DNA of 49,114 nt from Myxococcota bacterium (GTDB lineage Bacteria; Myxococcota; XYA12-FULL-58-9; JABJBS01), in contig JAYZAY010000028.1 in NCBI GenBank assembly GCA_036339465.1, positions 1-49,114 of the forward strand. The letters run 5' to 3'. Positions 18,966 to 28,637 of the stretch are shown here, piece by piece. The notes under the pieces are model-generated. The model was given only the letters and a program-made list of their open reading frames with translations, was not told the DNA's origin and searched no databases. The position numbers and the translations under genes are program-made. Each line of letters begins with the position of its first letter. Position 1 is the stretch's first letter.

Positions 18966-21041
18966 CTAACGTAGGTTCAGCTTTGTGGCTCGCAGACGTT
19001 TTCTACTCCAAAACCAAAGGAATGGCAGCCAGAATAAGAGGTTTGGTAATTGTGCATGAAGGGTTTGGTGGTTCGTATTACAACAGCCTCCCGATGGTTT
19101 TGGGGTGGGTTGTTCTGGGTTTATCTGGGGTTTGAAGGGGCCTTCATTGGGCCAGCACATCCCGTCAGTGTTTGAGGTTTTCAAACAGTTAAAGGTGACA
19201 TCTGTGGTGCCATCAGCATTGACGTCGTAGGCACCGGTGGGACAACTGAAACCTGTCAGAGGATCACAAGAGCGGCTGCACGCACTTTCGTCCTCGAAGT
19301 GAAAACATACTCGGGAATTACAATCGTAATCGGTAGCACATGCGGCTCCGAGATCGAGTTCTGCCACCGATATGGGGGCATCACAGACCGCTGGAGTTTC
19401 AGTCAGACCCGCATTGCCACAGCATACATTCAGTGCATCCCCGCAATCATCATCGGTGATGGATTGGCAGGATTGCTCAGCTGTGCACGTATCGGCGGTA
19501 TTGCAAGAGCTGTAGCATTTTGCGCCGTCGATTCCAAAGTTGAGACACACATTGCCATCCCTACAAATGCTCTCCTCGGCTGTGGAGCAAGATTGCCCTG
19601 GTTGCCTTAAGTCAAAGCATCCTCCTATGTTCGTGGTGTCAGTTTCAGCGGGGGTGATACAATTGCCTTGGTCGTCCACCATTGCGCAGCAATCAAGGTT
19701 TGGTTCGGGACATGCACTTGTTTCATTACAGTACCGCACGCAGTGCCCCGTTTGCCCGGTGCATTTGGTTATAAATCCGAAACAAAAAAGATTGGTGCCA
19801 CAGGGGTGAAATGTTGTGGTGCCGTTGGCTACATCTGATTTATAGCATTGTTCATTGAGGTCTTTACGGGGGTCTTGACCACATGCATTGATATCAAGAG
19901 GCCAGCAGACCGAGATATCTGATTGTGTGGGACTGCAGTTAAATGTGCTGGGGCAATCTTCCGATGATTGGCAAGTTTTTGTGCACATGGGTTCTCCACC
20001 CTGACCGTCGTCTGTGCATATCCCGGTAGGACACTCATCCCCACTTGAGCAGGGAAGACACAACCCACCATCGTCTATTGGCTCTTCTGCTGCACTTAGC
20101 CCCGGTTTACAATAGGACCGTTGTTGAGCTTGCTCCCCGACCATAACGGTGTCTGTGGCGCAGGTAAAGCCGACCTCGCAGGTGGCTTCGTTGGTGCAGG
20201 CTTTAAGGCAAAACCCCCTGGTAGCAGAGGTGGTCGGGATGATGCATTGATAGTCGGGTTCACATTGGGAATCCTGGGAGCATAGAGCACCTCGCTGGTT
20301 TTGCGCCGGTGGATAAAGGGTGCAAATACCGGCGGTCTCATGGGATGAGAGTTGGGCAGTATCCAGACCCGCAAAGCTTTTTGGGAACATGATTGATTCT
20401 ACGCAGTCGAGGTGCCCCATTCCATAGATGTGTCCCACTTCATGGAGGGCCACGGATTCGATGTTATAGCAATCTGGTGCCCCAACGCTGCACCCGGCCA
20501 CTTCGCCGGTGTCATGGGTGTGGGCCCGCCATTGATATAGGTGGTCATTGAAAATGATGTCACCGCTGACAGGAAACCCCGTGGAGGAGATGTAGAGGGT
20601 TTCGGCATAGGCGAGGGTGCCTGTTCCAAGTCCAGGTAGCGTACCTGTTGCGTCCCAGCCGACCACATTGGTAAAGGATAGGTAGTTCCCTTCTTCGTTC
20701 TTTACCTCTCCAAGGTCATTTTTTGTATAGAAATCCTGGGCATACTTAACGGTGATATTGGCCTTGCCATCGTTTCCACAGGTTGTTTCTGCCCACGAGA
20801 GATAAGCGCGGTGGACCGACTGTCTCACATCTTCTGCGCTAAGTGCTGCCAACTCTGCATCCGGAGTCTCGTTTCTGTAATGAATGGTGAGTTCGGAGTT
20901 TTGTGGCCACATATAACCAGCGGGGTAGAAGGTGTCTTCAGAGGCACATGGAATGGCTTCGTTGCGAATCTCAGCGCTAAGCATGTTCGATGTTAGAAAA
21001 AGTAATGCGAATGGTAAAATTGACGTGATTGGATTTCTCAT
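18966..21041 (-). CDS. Secreted matrixin/metzincin metalloprotease with Cys-rich repeats and MYXO-CTERM-like anchor
   Basis: Signal peptide, HEVGHIYGMGH zinc motif, Met-turn SIMFP, and many C-x3-4-D/E-C repeats. The C-terminus has GGCC, a hydrophobic stretch and RKRLR. ATG 21041 overlaps the upstream stop codon (ATGA). Confidence 0.85.
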   Translation of the reverse strand: MRNPITSILPFALLFLTSNMLSAEIRNEAIPCASEDTFYPAGYMWPQNSELTIHYRNETPDAELAALSAEDVRQSVHRAYLSWAETTCGNDGKANITVKYAQDFYTKNDLGEVKNEEGNYLSFTNVVGWDATGTLPGLGTGTLAYAETLYISSTGFPVSGDIIFNDHLYQWRAHTHDTGEVAGCSVGAPDCYNIESVALHEVGHIYGMGHLDCVESIMFPKSFAGLDTAQLSSHETAGICTLYPPAQNQRGALCSQDSQCEPDYQCIIPTTSATRGFCLKACTNEATCEVGFTCATDTVMVGEQAQQRSYCKPGLSAAEEPIDDGGLCLPCSSGDECPTGICTDDGQGGEPMCTKTCQSSEDCPSTFNCSPTQSDISVCWPLDINACGQDPRKDLNEQCYKSDVANGTTTFHPCGTNLFCFGFITKCTGQTGHCVRYCNETSACPEPNLDCCAMVDDQGNCITPAETDTTNIGGCFDLRQPGQSCSTAEESICRDGNVCLNFGIDGAKCYSSCNTADTCTAEQSCQSITDDDCGDALNVCCGNAGLTETPAVCDAPISVAELDLGAACATDYDCNSRVCFHFEDESACSRSCDPLTGFSCPTGAYDVNADGTTDVTFNCLKTSNTDGMCWPNEGPFKPQINPEQPTPKPSGGCCNTNHQTLHAQLPNLLFWLPFLWFWSRKRLRATKLNLR

Positions 21042-21655
21042 TTTAGGATCCACGCAGGCATCCCTTCAGGGGAGAAGGGTAGGAATTGGTTGAGATAACT
21101 ATCTAAAAGAACCGAGTCGATCCGGTAGCGGCTTTTGGGTGGATGCTCTCCAAGGTTGTCTAGGACGGTCAACCCCGCCATGTGCCGCGAAACCCTCCAC
21201 GCCTGACCACGATCCTTGTGAACCGAGAGTAGTCCAAAGGATAGCCCCCAGGGTGTATATAATTTGCCTGTCTTTGTGAAGAAACCAAGAAAGAGTTGCC
21301 CGGCTGTTATTTGGGGGCTTCCCGCCACGACGGAGTGCAAGCCATTATCGAGGTGTCCACCAGGCACCGCGAAATCCAAGGTTTTCAAGTCTGCGGCCCC
21401 CTTAACCGCGCGGTAGACCTGGGTGTGTGCAATGGTAATGACGCCGTGGTCTGTGGATTGCGTTTCAGTTTGCAATACTGAAATAAGCGCCACAACGTCG
21501 GCTTCCTGAAATAGATCCAGATCGGTTTTGCCGGTAACCACTGCGGCGGTGGATAGTTGTGGGAGAAGGAGGGTGGAAAAAAAGAGGGGCGCGAGCCAAA
21601 CTCTATGGTGTTGATGTCTCGAACCTCCAGGGCTCGAAAATAAGTGTGTGTCCAT
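21038..21655 (-). CDS. Exported protein, matrixin-associated beta-rich domain
   Basis: Signal-like N-terminus and the pattern L..EADVV...V...VKG...VPGG...VAGSP...G..FLGF. Stop codon overlaps the protease start. Confidence 0.7.
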   Translation of the reverse strand: MDTHLFSSPGGSRHQHHRVWLAPLFFSTLLLPQLSTAAVVTGKTDLDLFQEADVVALISVLQTETQSTDHGVITIAHTQVYRAVKGAADLKTLDFAVPGGHLDNGLHSVVAGSPQITAGQLFLGFFTKTGKLYTPWGLSFGLLSVHKDRGQAWRVSRHMAGLTVLDNLGEHPPKSRYRIDSVLLDSYLNQFLPFSPEGMPAWILK

Positions 21656-21866
21656 AGAAGGCTTATTAACGCAATGGAATCCGAGGTGAAATAAATTAGC
21701 TTAAAATTGTGAGCAATCCTGGTCAATAGAATGGCTGCTAGCGACCCGTTGGGTTCTGTGCTCCGAATACATGGTGTTTGTCTCTAGGTGGTAAAGTGGC
21801 CGGCGTGTGGATTTTAGGTATGGCGGTCTTGGTTTGGTGCGGGGTTTTTAGCCAGGCGATCTTGAC

Positions 21867-21918
21867 CCTTACTTGGTTGCCTTACTTGGTTGCCTTACTT
21901 GGTTGCCTTACTCGGTGG
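21867..21918. repeat. 13-bp tandem repeat (CCTTACTTGGTTG) x3 plus one degenerate copy
   Basis: Perfect units at 21867, 21880 and 21893; degenerate CCTTACTCGGTGG at 21906. Confidence 0.9.
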
Positions 21919-22564
21919 CGAGCCAAACCGTATTCGTCTCGTGCACGTTTTTTTAATTCGACACTTGGGATATTTTCTGGCGTGAAATATTCAATCAGTC
22001 CCAAGGGACAACGTCGTTGTTTTCCATACCGGTTTCATTCTCTTTTTTTGAGGAGATGAAAGAAGGTTAAATGGTTTCGGCGGCATGTCCTTATTGATTG
22101 TCAATATTCGAAGTTTTAGCCATGCTTGGCTGCATTTTGTTTAGCGAGGGGCAAGGAAGTTAATTGTGGTTGTGGGATAGAGCTTTGAAGAGAGTTATTA
22201 TGAATTCCGAGGTAGAGTTGCTCTTCTAGGGGATGTGCGGAGTTTTGACCTATCGCTTGGTTTTGGTCTTGGTTTTGTGATGTGGGGAATCAATGAGAGG
22301 AGGATGATGGTTAGACCGGATCTTACCTTGCTTTCGATGTCTGGAATGTCGCTTTCGAGTATGAGTCCCAGGGTGGGATAATGATTGTTCCAGGTGAATG
22401 GTTTTTTAGTCCTGATTTGCGACAAGCCGATAAACAAAGAAGGAGCGCGGTCGGGCGAGGTTTTATTTGTGCCTCACTCTATCGAGGGCGAGGACCACGG
22501 CCCCTCTCTTTTTTGGGCTTTTGGCTTCGGTCCATCGGGACCTGCGTCTAGGATACAATGAATT

Positions 22565-23968
22565 TTAGAATTCCGCGGTATTTGGAGCTCGCGGATAGGG
22601 TATCACATCTCGAATATTATCGAGGCCGGTGGCGTACATGACAGCGCGTTCGAAGCCGAGGCCAAAGCCGGCGTGGGGAACGCTACCGTAGCGTCGAAGG
22701 TCTCGGTACCAACCGTAGTCACCGGGTTCCAGTCCAAAATCGCGAATGCGCTGGTCCAATACGTCGAGTCTATCTTCTCTTTGACTACCGCCGATAATCT
22801 CACCGATCCCGGGCGCGAGCACATCCATGGCCGCTACGGTTTTGTCATCTTTGTTGAGTCGCATGTAAAATGCTTTGATATCCTTAGGGTAGTTGAGTAC
22901 GGCGACGGGGCCATCCACAAGCTTATCGGTGAGGAATTTTTCGTGTTCGGCTTGGAGATCCATTCCCCAGCTGACGGGAAACTCGAATTTTTCATTGGTT
23001 TTTTGGAGCTCATCGATGGCTTCAGTGTAGTCGAGGTGCACGAAATTGGATTCCACCAGCTTTTGGAGACGGTTAATACAGTCTTTATCCACGAATTTTG
23101 CAAAGAACTCTAAGTCGTCCATTCGCTCTTCTAAGGCTGCGGAGAAAATGTATTTTAGGTAAGCCTCGGCAAGGGCCGCGTCGTCTTTGAGGTCCGCGAA
23201 GGCTATTTCGGGTTCTATCATCCAGAATTCTGCGAGATGGCGGCGGGTATTGGAGTTTTCTGCCCGAAAGGTGGGCCCGAAGGTATAAACATTGCTCATG
23301 GCTAGGCAATAGGTCTCGACGTTGAGTTGGCCGGAAACCGTTAGATGGGTTTCTTTGCCGAAAAAGTCCTGGGAATAATCCACGGCACCGGCCTCGGTTC
23401 GTGGTGGATTTGCCATATCGAGGGTCGAGACGCGAAACATTTCTCCCGCGCCTTCACAATCATTGGTGGTAATAATGGGCGTGTGGATCCAATAAAACTC
23501 ACGTTCATGAAAGAAACGATGGGTGGCTTGGGCCAGGCAGTTTCTTATTCTGGTGACGGCGCCGATGAGATTGGTTCGTGGCCTTAGATGGGCGATTTCC
23601 CGCAAGTATTCGCGGGAATGCCTTTTGGGTGCCATGGGGTAGGTTTCTGGGTTTTCAACCCAACCTACCACAGAAATATCGGAAGCATTTATTTCGAGCG
23701 ACTGACCTTTGCCTTCGGATGCCTTGAGAACACCCGTCACTCGTAGGGAGCATCCGGTGGTGACCTTGACGATTTCCTCCGCGTAGTTTTCGAGGGTGGA
23801 GTCAGCGATGACTTGTAAGCCTGCAAAGCAGCTGCCATCGTGGATTTGGATAAATGAAAGGCCTGCTTTGGAATCGCGTCGGGTTCGGACCCAACCGCAA
23901 ACCTCAACGGAACTTCCTAGTTCTTGTGCCCCCCCTAGAATTTTATGAATGGAATATCGCTTTGCCAT
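22565..23968 (-). CDS. asnS: Asparagine--tRNA ligase
   Basis: [59 protein letters not shown]. Start at ATG 23968. Confidence 0.96.
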   Translation of the reverse strand: MAKRYSIHKILGGAQELGSSVEVCGWVRTRRDSKAGLSFIQIHDGSCFAGLQVIADSTLENYAEEIVKVTTGCSLRVTGVLKASEGKGQSLEINASDISVVGWVENPETYPMAPKRHSREYLREIAHLRPRTNLIGAVTRIRNCLAQATHRFFHEREFYWIHTPIITTNDCEGAGEMFRVSTLDMANPPRTEAGAVDYSQDFFGKETHLTVSGQLNVETYCLAMSNVYTFGPTFRAENSNTRRHLAEFWMIEPEIAFADLKDDAALAEAYLKYIFSAALEERMDDLEFFAKFVDKDCINRLQKLVESNFVHLDYTEAIDELQKTNEKFEFPVSWGMDLQAEHEKFLTDKLVDGPVAVLNYPKDIKAFYMRLNKDDKTVAAMDVLAPGIGEIIGGSQREDRLDVLDQRIRDFGLEPGDYGWYRDLRRYGSVPHAGFGLGFERAVMYATGLDNIRDVIPYPRAPNTAEF

Positions 23969-24147
23969 GGGTAAACTCTCTCTTTTTGCTTGTTGTAGCG
24001 TACGTCGCCTAAAACCGCCTATGCGGCTTATGGAAATTGGTTGGGTTTCGCAAGGCGCCCTCTCTCTTAGGGCTTTGTCTCTTTTAGGGCTGGTAGCTTG
24101 GGGCGGCAGGGCGCTGGCTTCTGCGATGTTGGCCGAGCACCTTGGAA

Positions 24148-24186
24148 TGCAGCGCCAATCACGCTGCAGCGCCAATTACGATGCAG
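24148..24186. repeat. Imperfect 17-bp tandem duplication over the stop codon of the POT gene
   Basis: TGCAGCGCCAATCACGC / TGCAGCGCCAATTACGA / TGCAG. Confidence 0.7.
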
Positions 24187-25591
24187 TTGGTTGTGGTGTT
24201 TGAATATTGGTGTTTGCCATTGAATTCATAGGCGCGGGGATTGGGTCTTGAGAGTCGCTATCATCTTGCTGGACGTAGCGCTTTTCCTTGTACCACATTG
24301 CGACGGGAATAAAAAGGATGGCGGTTACGAGCATGGCCGTTGACCAAAAGTAATAATAGTCAGCACCCATAAATTTACTGGTTCCATCTTCATTTTGAAT
24401 GAAGAAATTGAATGCCGATACGAAGATATTACCAAGGGACACGCTTAAGAGAAAGGTCGCCATAACCAACGATTTCATCTTATTGGGGGATTGGGTATAC
24501 GCAAATTCCAAACATGTGATGGAAACGAAGACTTCGGCTGCGGTCATGATGACGTAAGCAAAAAGTTGCCACGCAATATTGGGGGTCAATCCTGCGGCGA
24601 TTTGGGTCTCAATCCAAGCAGGAATAAGAAAGGCGGGCACCGTGAGAAAGAAACCGATGGCAATTTTCCGCAGTGGTGTTAGTGGAAATACCTTGTTGAT
24701 TGCGGGGTAGAGCACAAAGTTAAAGATTGGAATAAAGACCATGATCATGACGGGGTTGATCGCTTGAATTTGGGAACTGAGCCATTCGGTGCCCAGAAAG
24801 TTACGGTCCATATTTTCGGCTTGGAGGACCCAGCTCGAACCTGTTTGGTCAAAGAGAGCCCAGAACATCGCGACGAAGGCGAAGATGATGAAGAGCTTAA
24901 GCATGGCCCCGAAGCCTTCACGACTGAAAACTTCTTTGACAAAGTCCGGTCCGCCGGCTGGGATGTGGATGAAGGTATTTCGTCCCATCCAGAAGACGAT
25001 GGTGGCGATAAACATCAGAAGGCCGGGGATCCCGAAGGCGAGGTGGGGGCCGTAGTGCTCTAGGAGCCAAGGGGTGAGGAGGGTGGACGCGAATGCCCCA
25101 AGGTTGATGGCAAAATAGAACCAACCAAAGACCTTTTCTAGGAGGTTTTGGTTTTGTTTACCGAATTGGTCACCCACGTGGGCGGAGACACAAGGTTTGA
25201 TTCCCCCAGAGCCGATGGCAATGAGGGCGAGGCCAATGGAAAGACCGAGCCGGGTTTCGTCGAGGGCCAGGGCCAAGTGACCGAGGCAGTACACTACCGA
25301 GAGGGTCAGAATCGTTTTATATTTTCCGAAAAATGTGTCGGCAATGATGGCACCCAGAATAGGAAAGAAATAGACGGCGGAGGTAAATAAGTGGTACCAG
25401 CTCATCGCATCGCCATGGGACATGGCGTCGGTGTTGCCGGTAGAATCCATGAGGTGCTTGGTCATGAAAATGACCAGGATCCCTTTCATGCCGTAGAAGC
25501 TAAAACGTTCGGCTGCCTCATTGGAAACGATGTATGGAATTCCCCGGGGCATCTCTTTGGACGCGGCGGGGGCAGTGCGGTACGATGTCAT
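24176..25591 (-). CDS. POT/PTR family proton-dependent oligopeptide transporter
   Basis: EAAERFSFYGMK (ExxERFxYY-like), GSGGIKPCV, FYFAINLGA and multiple TM helices. Confidence 0.93.
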   Translation of the reverse strand: MTSYRTAPAASKEMPRGIPYIVSNEAAERFSFYGMKGILVIFMTKHLMDSTGNTDAMSHGDAMSWYHLFTSAVYFFPILGAIIADTFFGKYKTILTLSVVYCLGHLALALDETRLGLSIGLALIAIGSGGIKPCVSAHVGDQFGKQNQNLLEKVFGWFYFAINLGAFASTLLTPWLLEHYGPHLAFGIPGLLMFIATIVFWMGRNTFIHIPAGGPDFVKEVFSREGFGAMLKLFIIFAFVAMFWALFDQTGSSWVLQAENMDRNFLGTEWLSSQIQAINPVMIMVFIPIFNFVLYPAINKVFPLTPLRKIAIGFFLTVPAFLIPAWIETQIAAGLTPNIAWQLFAYVIMTAAEVFVSITCLEFAYTQSPNKMKSLVMATFLLSVSLGNIFVSAFNFFIQNEDGTSKFMGADYYYFWSTAMLVTAILFIPVAMWYKEKRYVQQDDSDSQDPIPAPMNSMANTNIQTPQPTAS

Positions 25592-25758
25592 TGAATACTC
25601 CCCAATCTTTTACCTTACCCATGTTTGGGCACCAGACGCCTTACAGTCTTGCTTTCATGCCGTCAAGTCAGTTGCCTGGATGGTCAAGGTCCCTGGCCGG
25701 ATCGAATTTGGCTTCCGCAGGTGACTGGGGTAGCATGTTTTGTCGAAGGGGGCGTTTC

Positions 25759-26040
25759 ATGAGTAAATCTCGGACCTTTACGGATTATCTGATTGAAGAC
25801 CGGCCGGCGTTTTTGGGGGCTGTGCAAATGGGTATGAAACAGGGATTGATTGTTGTTGATGAAGAAACTGATGCCGTAGGGGTGTCCAACAGATTGCTTC
25901 TGACAAGCACGGTCCTACAAGAGACGCTCAATGATTTGGTTGGTGAGTGGATGGATTCGGAAAGTGACTCGGGTGCTTTCTTCAAGGCTCTCTTAAATGA
26001 AAACGAAGAAGGAATTCCCAAAGGAGACGAGGATGAATGA
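25759..26040 (+). CDS. Small acidic hypothetical protein (93 aa)
   Basis: ATG 25759 after GAAGGGGG. Protein-like composition. Its stop overlaps the mrp start region. Confidence 0.6.
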   Translation: MSKSRTFTDYLIEDRPAFLGAVQMGMKQGLIVVDEETDAVGVSNRLLLTSTVLQETLNDLVGEWMDSESDSGAFFKALLNENEEGIPKGDEDE

Positions 26041-27073
26041 GTTACCGGCACTTAAGGAAGAGGATATTCGTGCCGTCTTCGATTCTATTTTAGAACCGGC
26101 GCTTAACTGGAGTATGAATGCCTTGAATTTGGTGAAGTCGGTGGAGATCGAAGGCCGAAAGGTCTGGATTCGCGCGCATATTGTTACCCGGGATATCGAC
26201 CAGTTAAATGGTCTCCGTTTAGAGGTGACCGAAAAGCTAAGGCTGTTAATGCCTGAGAGTGTGGAGCTTAATTTACGTCGAGTGGATGTGGAGACGGAGG
26301 GCACCAGCGGTGTCGGGAAAATCATCTTGGTGGGTTCTGGCAAGGGAGGGGTGGGTAAGAGCAGTGTCGCGGTCAATGTCGCGGCCTCTTTGAAGCGGCA
26401 AGGATACTCCGTGGGATTAATGGACGCGGACATCTATGGTCCCAGTATCCCTGTCTTAATGGAGGTGAAGGGTCGGCCGGAAGTTCTCCCCCATGAGTAT
26501 CTCATGCCTATTACAGCCCACGGCATTAAAACCATGTCGGTGGGTTACCTCTTAGGTAAGAATCGAGCTGCGGATTGGCGGGGTGTGGTGGTGACTTCTA
26601 CCCTTCTACAATTTATTCAACGCACTTTTTGGGGGGAATTGGATTATTTGATTGTGGATTTGCCACCTGGGACTGGGGATATTCAATTAAGCCTAGCCCA
26701 GCGTTTGACCATTGCAGGCGTTTTATTGGTGAGCACTGGGCATACCGTAGCTTTGAGTGATGTTCGGCGCTTCGCGGATTTGTGTGTAAAACGTGAAATT
26801 CCCATGATCGGATTGGTTGAGAATATGGCAGGGTATGTCTGCGAGTCCTGTGGGACGGAGAATCATCCCATGGGGGTGGTCGATTTAGACACGGACGAGA
26901 TCCTGGGTGGATTACCCCGGTTGGCGTCGATCCCCATCAGTCGTGAAATGGCGATGATTGGTCGCCCTATTGGCATGCAGGAGAAACCGAGTCCGCTCAG
27001 GAGTTTGTTTGATGGTATTGCAAGGGCAGTGGTGGAAACTGGCGACGCAGGTGTAGGTGCCCAGGTTGCGTAG
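26033..27073 (+). CDS. mrp: Mrp/NBP35 (ApbC) Fe-S cluster carrier ATPase
   Basis: Deviant Walker A GSGKGGVGKS, DADIYGPS, DLPPGTGD, ENM...CESC, and a DUF59-like N-terminus. Confidence 0.9.
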   Translation: MNELPALKEEDIRAVFDSILEPALNWSMNALNLVKSVEIEGRKVWIRAHIVTRDIDQLNGLRLEVTEKLRLLMPESVELNLRRVDVETEGTSGVGKIILVGSGKGGVGKSSVAVNVAASLKRQGYSVGLMDADIYGPSIPVLMEVKGRPEVLPHEYLMPITAHGIKTMSVGYLLGKNRAADWRGVVVTSTLLQFIQRTFWGELDYLIVDLPPGTGDIQLSLAQRLTIAGVLLVSTGHTVALSDVRRFADLCVKREIPMIGLVENMAGYVCESCGTENHPMGVVDLDTDEILGGLPRLASIPISREMAMIGRPIGMQEKPSPLRSLFDGIARAVVETGDAGVGAQVA

Positions 27074-27074
27074 T

Positions 27075-27584
27075 TTATTCGGTGCCACCGGACTCTTGAG
27101 CGACTGGTTCCTTCATTGGGTTTCTAACATCGATCTTTTTCATCTCTAGGGAGTTTTTGAGGGATTCAATGACCTCGTGGCCGGCGGTGTCGAGTTCGGT
27201 CTTCAATTGCTTGGATGCTTTTTGGAGGGTTTCACTGGCCTTGTCTCGACCATGAGCGAAGGCTTCTTTGAGTTCGCCTTTGGCGATGTCTGCTTTTTCA
27301 CGTACCACGGTGGACACTTTTTCTTTTGCATTTTTTAGTTTTTCGTGGAGTTTTTCTTGCTGCTGGGTTCCGAGTTTTATCATTTTTTCTTCAAATTCGG
27401 TGCGTTGCTGGGGCTGTTGTCCTGTGGAGTGTGCGTACCAGCCGAGGCCACCGACCACCAATAGGCAGCAAAACGCCATTTTGAGCACATTTTTCACCAA
27501 ACAGACCACGAAGAGGAGCCCCGCAAGCCCTAGGCCGACGGCTAAAAGAGGATTGTACGTTACGGTTTGAGCTATTGCGTCCAT
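27075..27584 (-). CDS. Membrane-anchored protein with Lys/Glu-rich helical tail
   Basis: Two hydrophobic N-terminal segments followed by a charged coiled-coil-like region. GGGAG Shine-Dalgarno upstream. Confidence 0.65.
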   Translation of the reverse strand: MDAIAQTVTYNPLLAVGLGLAGLLFVVCLVKNVLKMAFCCLLVVGGLGWYAHSTGQQPQQRTEFEEKMIKLGTQQQEKLHEKLKNAKEKVSTVVREKADIAKGELKEAFAHGRDKASETLQKASKQLKTELDTAGHEVIESLKNSLEMKKIDVRNPMKEPVAQESGGTE

Positions 27585-27618
27585 AGAAACTCCCGCGGCA
27601 AGGTCCCGACAAATTGGG

Positions 27619-27695
27619 TGGCGCGCCCGGCAGGACTCGAACCTGCAACCCCCGGCTTAGAAGGCCGGTGCTCTATCCAGTTGAGCTACAAGCGC
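27619..27695 (-). tRNA. tRNA-Arg (anticodon TCT)
   Basis: Reverse complement GCGCTTGTAGCTCAACTGGATAGAGCACCGGCCTTCTAAGCCGGGGGTTGCAGGTTCGAGTCCTGCCGGGCGCGCCA folds as a 77-nt cloverleaf with encoded CCA. Confidence 0.97.
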
Positions 27696-27761
27696 ACAGT
27701 TGGGAGGACTAACACGTTCCCTAGAGGAATCCAACGTCATTAAATGAGTGGGCCGATTTTT

Positions 27762-28637
27762 TCAAGAGGAGGAATGCCACTTTCCAAACTGTTTTAGGGC
27801 GGAGGCGACTTTTAAAGCATCGGTACATGCAGGAAGATTGTGCACCCGGAAAATAATGGCCCCAGAAAGATAGCCCAGTGCGCAGACTGCTGCGGTCGCT
27901 CGGTCGCGATCTGATACATCCCGGCCAGTGATCTCGCCAAGAAAACGTTTACGGCTGGGACCAAAGAGAATAGGGAAGCCAAGATGACCAAGGTCAGCCA
28001 TTCCGGCCGTCAAGGTGAGATTGTGTTCAAGGGTTTTGCCGAAGCCAATACCTGGATCGAGCCAAATGCGGTCGTGTTCAACACCGGCATCAAGGGCCAT
28101 TTCAGAGCGGCTGCCGAGGAAATGTATGACTTCGTCGACAATATTGTCGTAATGGATGCTCCCTTGTTGCATGGTTTTTGGTTGGCCGCGCATGTGCATG
28201 AGGGCAATTCCCGTGTCATTCGCAGCAGCGATATGGGCCATTTTAGGATTCGATAAGCCAGATATATCGTTTAGGATGTCCACGCCGATATCACATGCTT
28301 TTTTAGCTATTTCCGGTTTGTGTGTGTCGAGGCTGATAGGAAGAGGGAAGTTGGCTTGATTGAGTTCCTTGAGGACTGGCCCGACCCGGTTCCATTCGGT
28401 TTCTTGGTCCACCGGATCAGAGCCAGGACGAGACGACTCTCCACCGATGTCTAGAATATGGGCTCCAGCTTTGACAAGCGTAAAAGCGTGTTCGATGGCG
28501 GGGGCAATACTGCGAAAGCACCCACCATCGGAAAAAGAGTCTGGGGTTAGGTTTAAAACACCCATCAACACCGGTTCTTCAAGGTTAAGGGCGTGTCCCC
28601 TCGGGTAGTATCTCCCATGGGAAGAGGGAATGCTCAA
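27762..28637 (-). CDS. folP: Dihydropteroate synthase
   Basis: MGVLNLTPDSFSDGG, DIGGESSRPG, LDPGIGFGK, SRKRF. Overlaps the ftsH stop. Confidence 0.95.
   Translation of the reverse strand: MSIPSSHGRYYPRGHALNLEEPVLMGVLNLTPDSFSDGGCFRSIAPAIEHAFTLVKAGAHILDIGGESSRPGSDPVDQETEWNRVGPVLKELNQANFPLPISLDTHKPEIAKKACDIGVDILNDISGLSNPKMAHIAAANDTGIALMHMRGQPKTMQQGSIHYDNIVDEVIHFLGSRSEMALDAGVEHDRIWLDPGIGFGKTLEHNLTLTAGMADLGHLGFPILFGPSRKRFLGEITGRDVSDRDRATAAVCALGYLSGAIIFRVHNLPACTDALKVASALKQFGKWHSSS

Noticed and set aside
23969..24175. N-terminal extension of AsnS in the ORF track (similar extensions on fabF, ppa, the SNase-like gene and the FAD oxidoreductase)
   Set aside because: The extensions come from upstream alternative start codons. 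Family homology begins at the downstream ATG.
27391..27648. 85-aa minus-strand ORF starting MQVRVLPGAP
   Set aside because: It is a translation of the tRNA-Arg T-arm and overlaps a better ORF.
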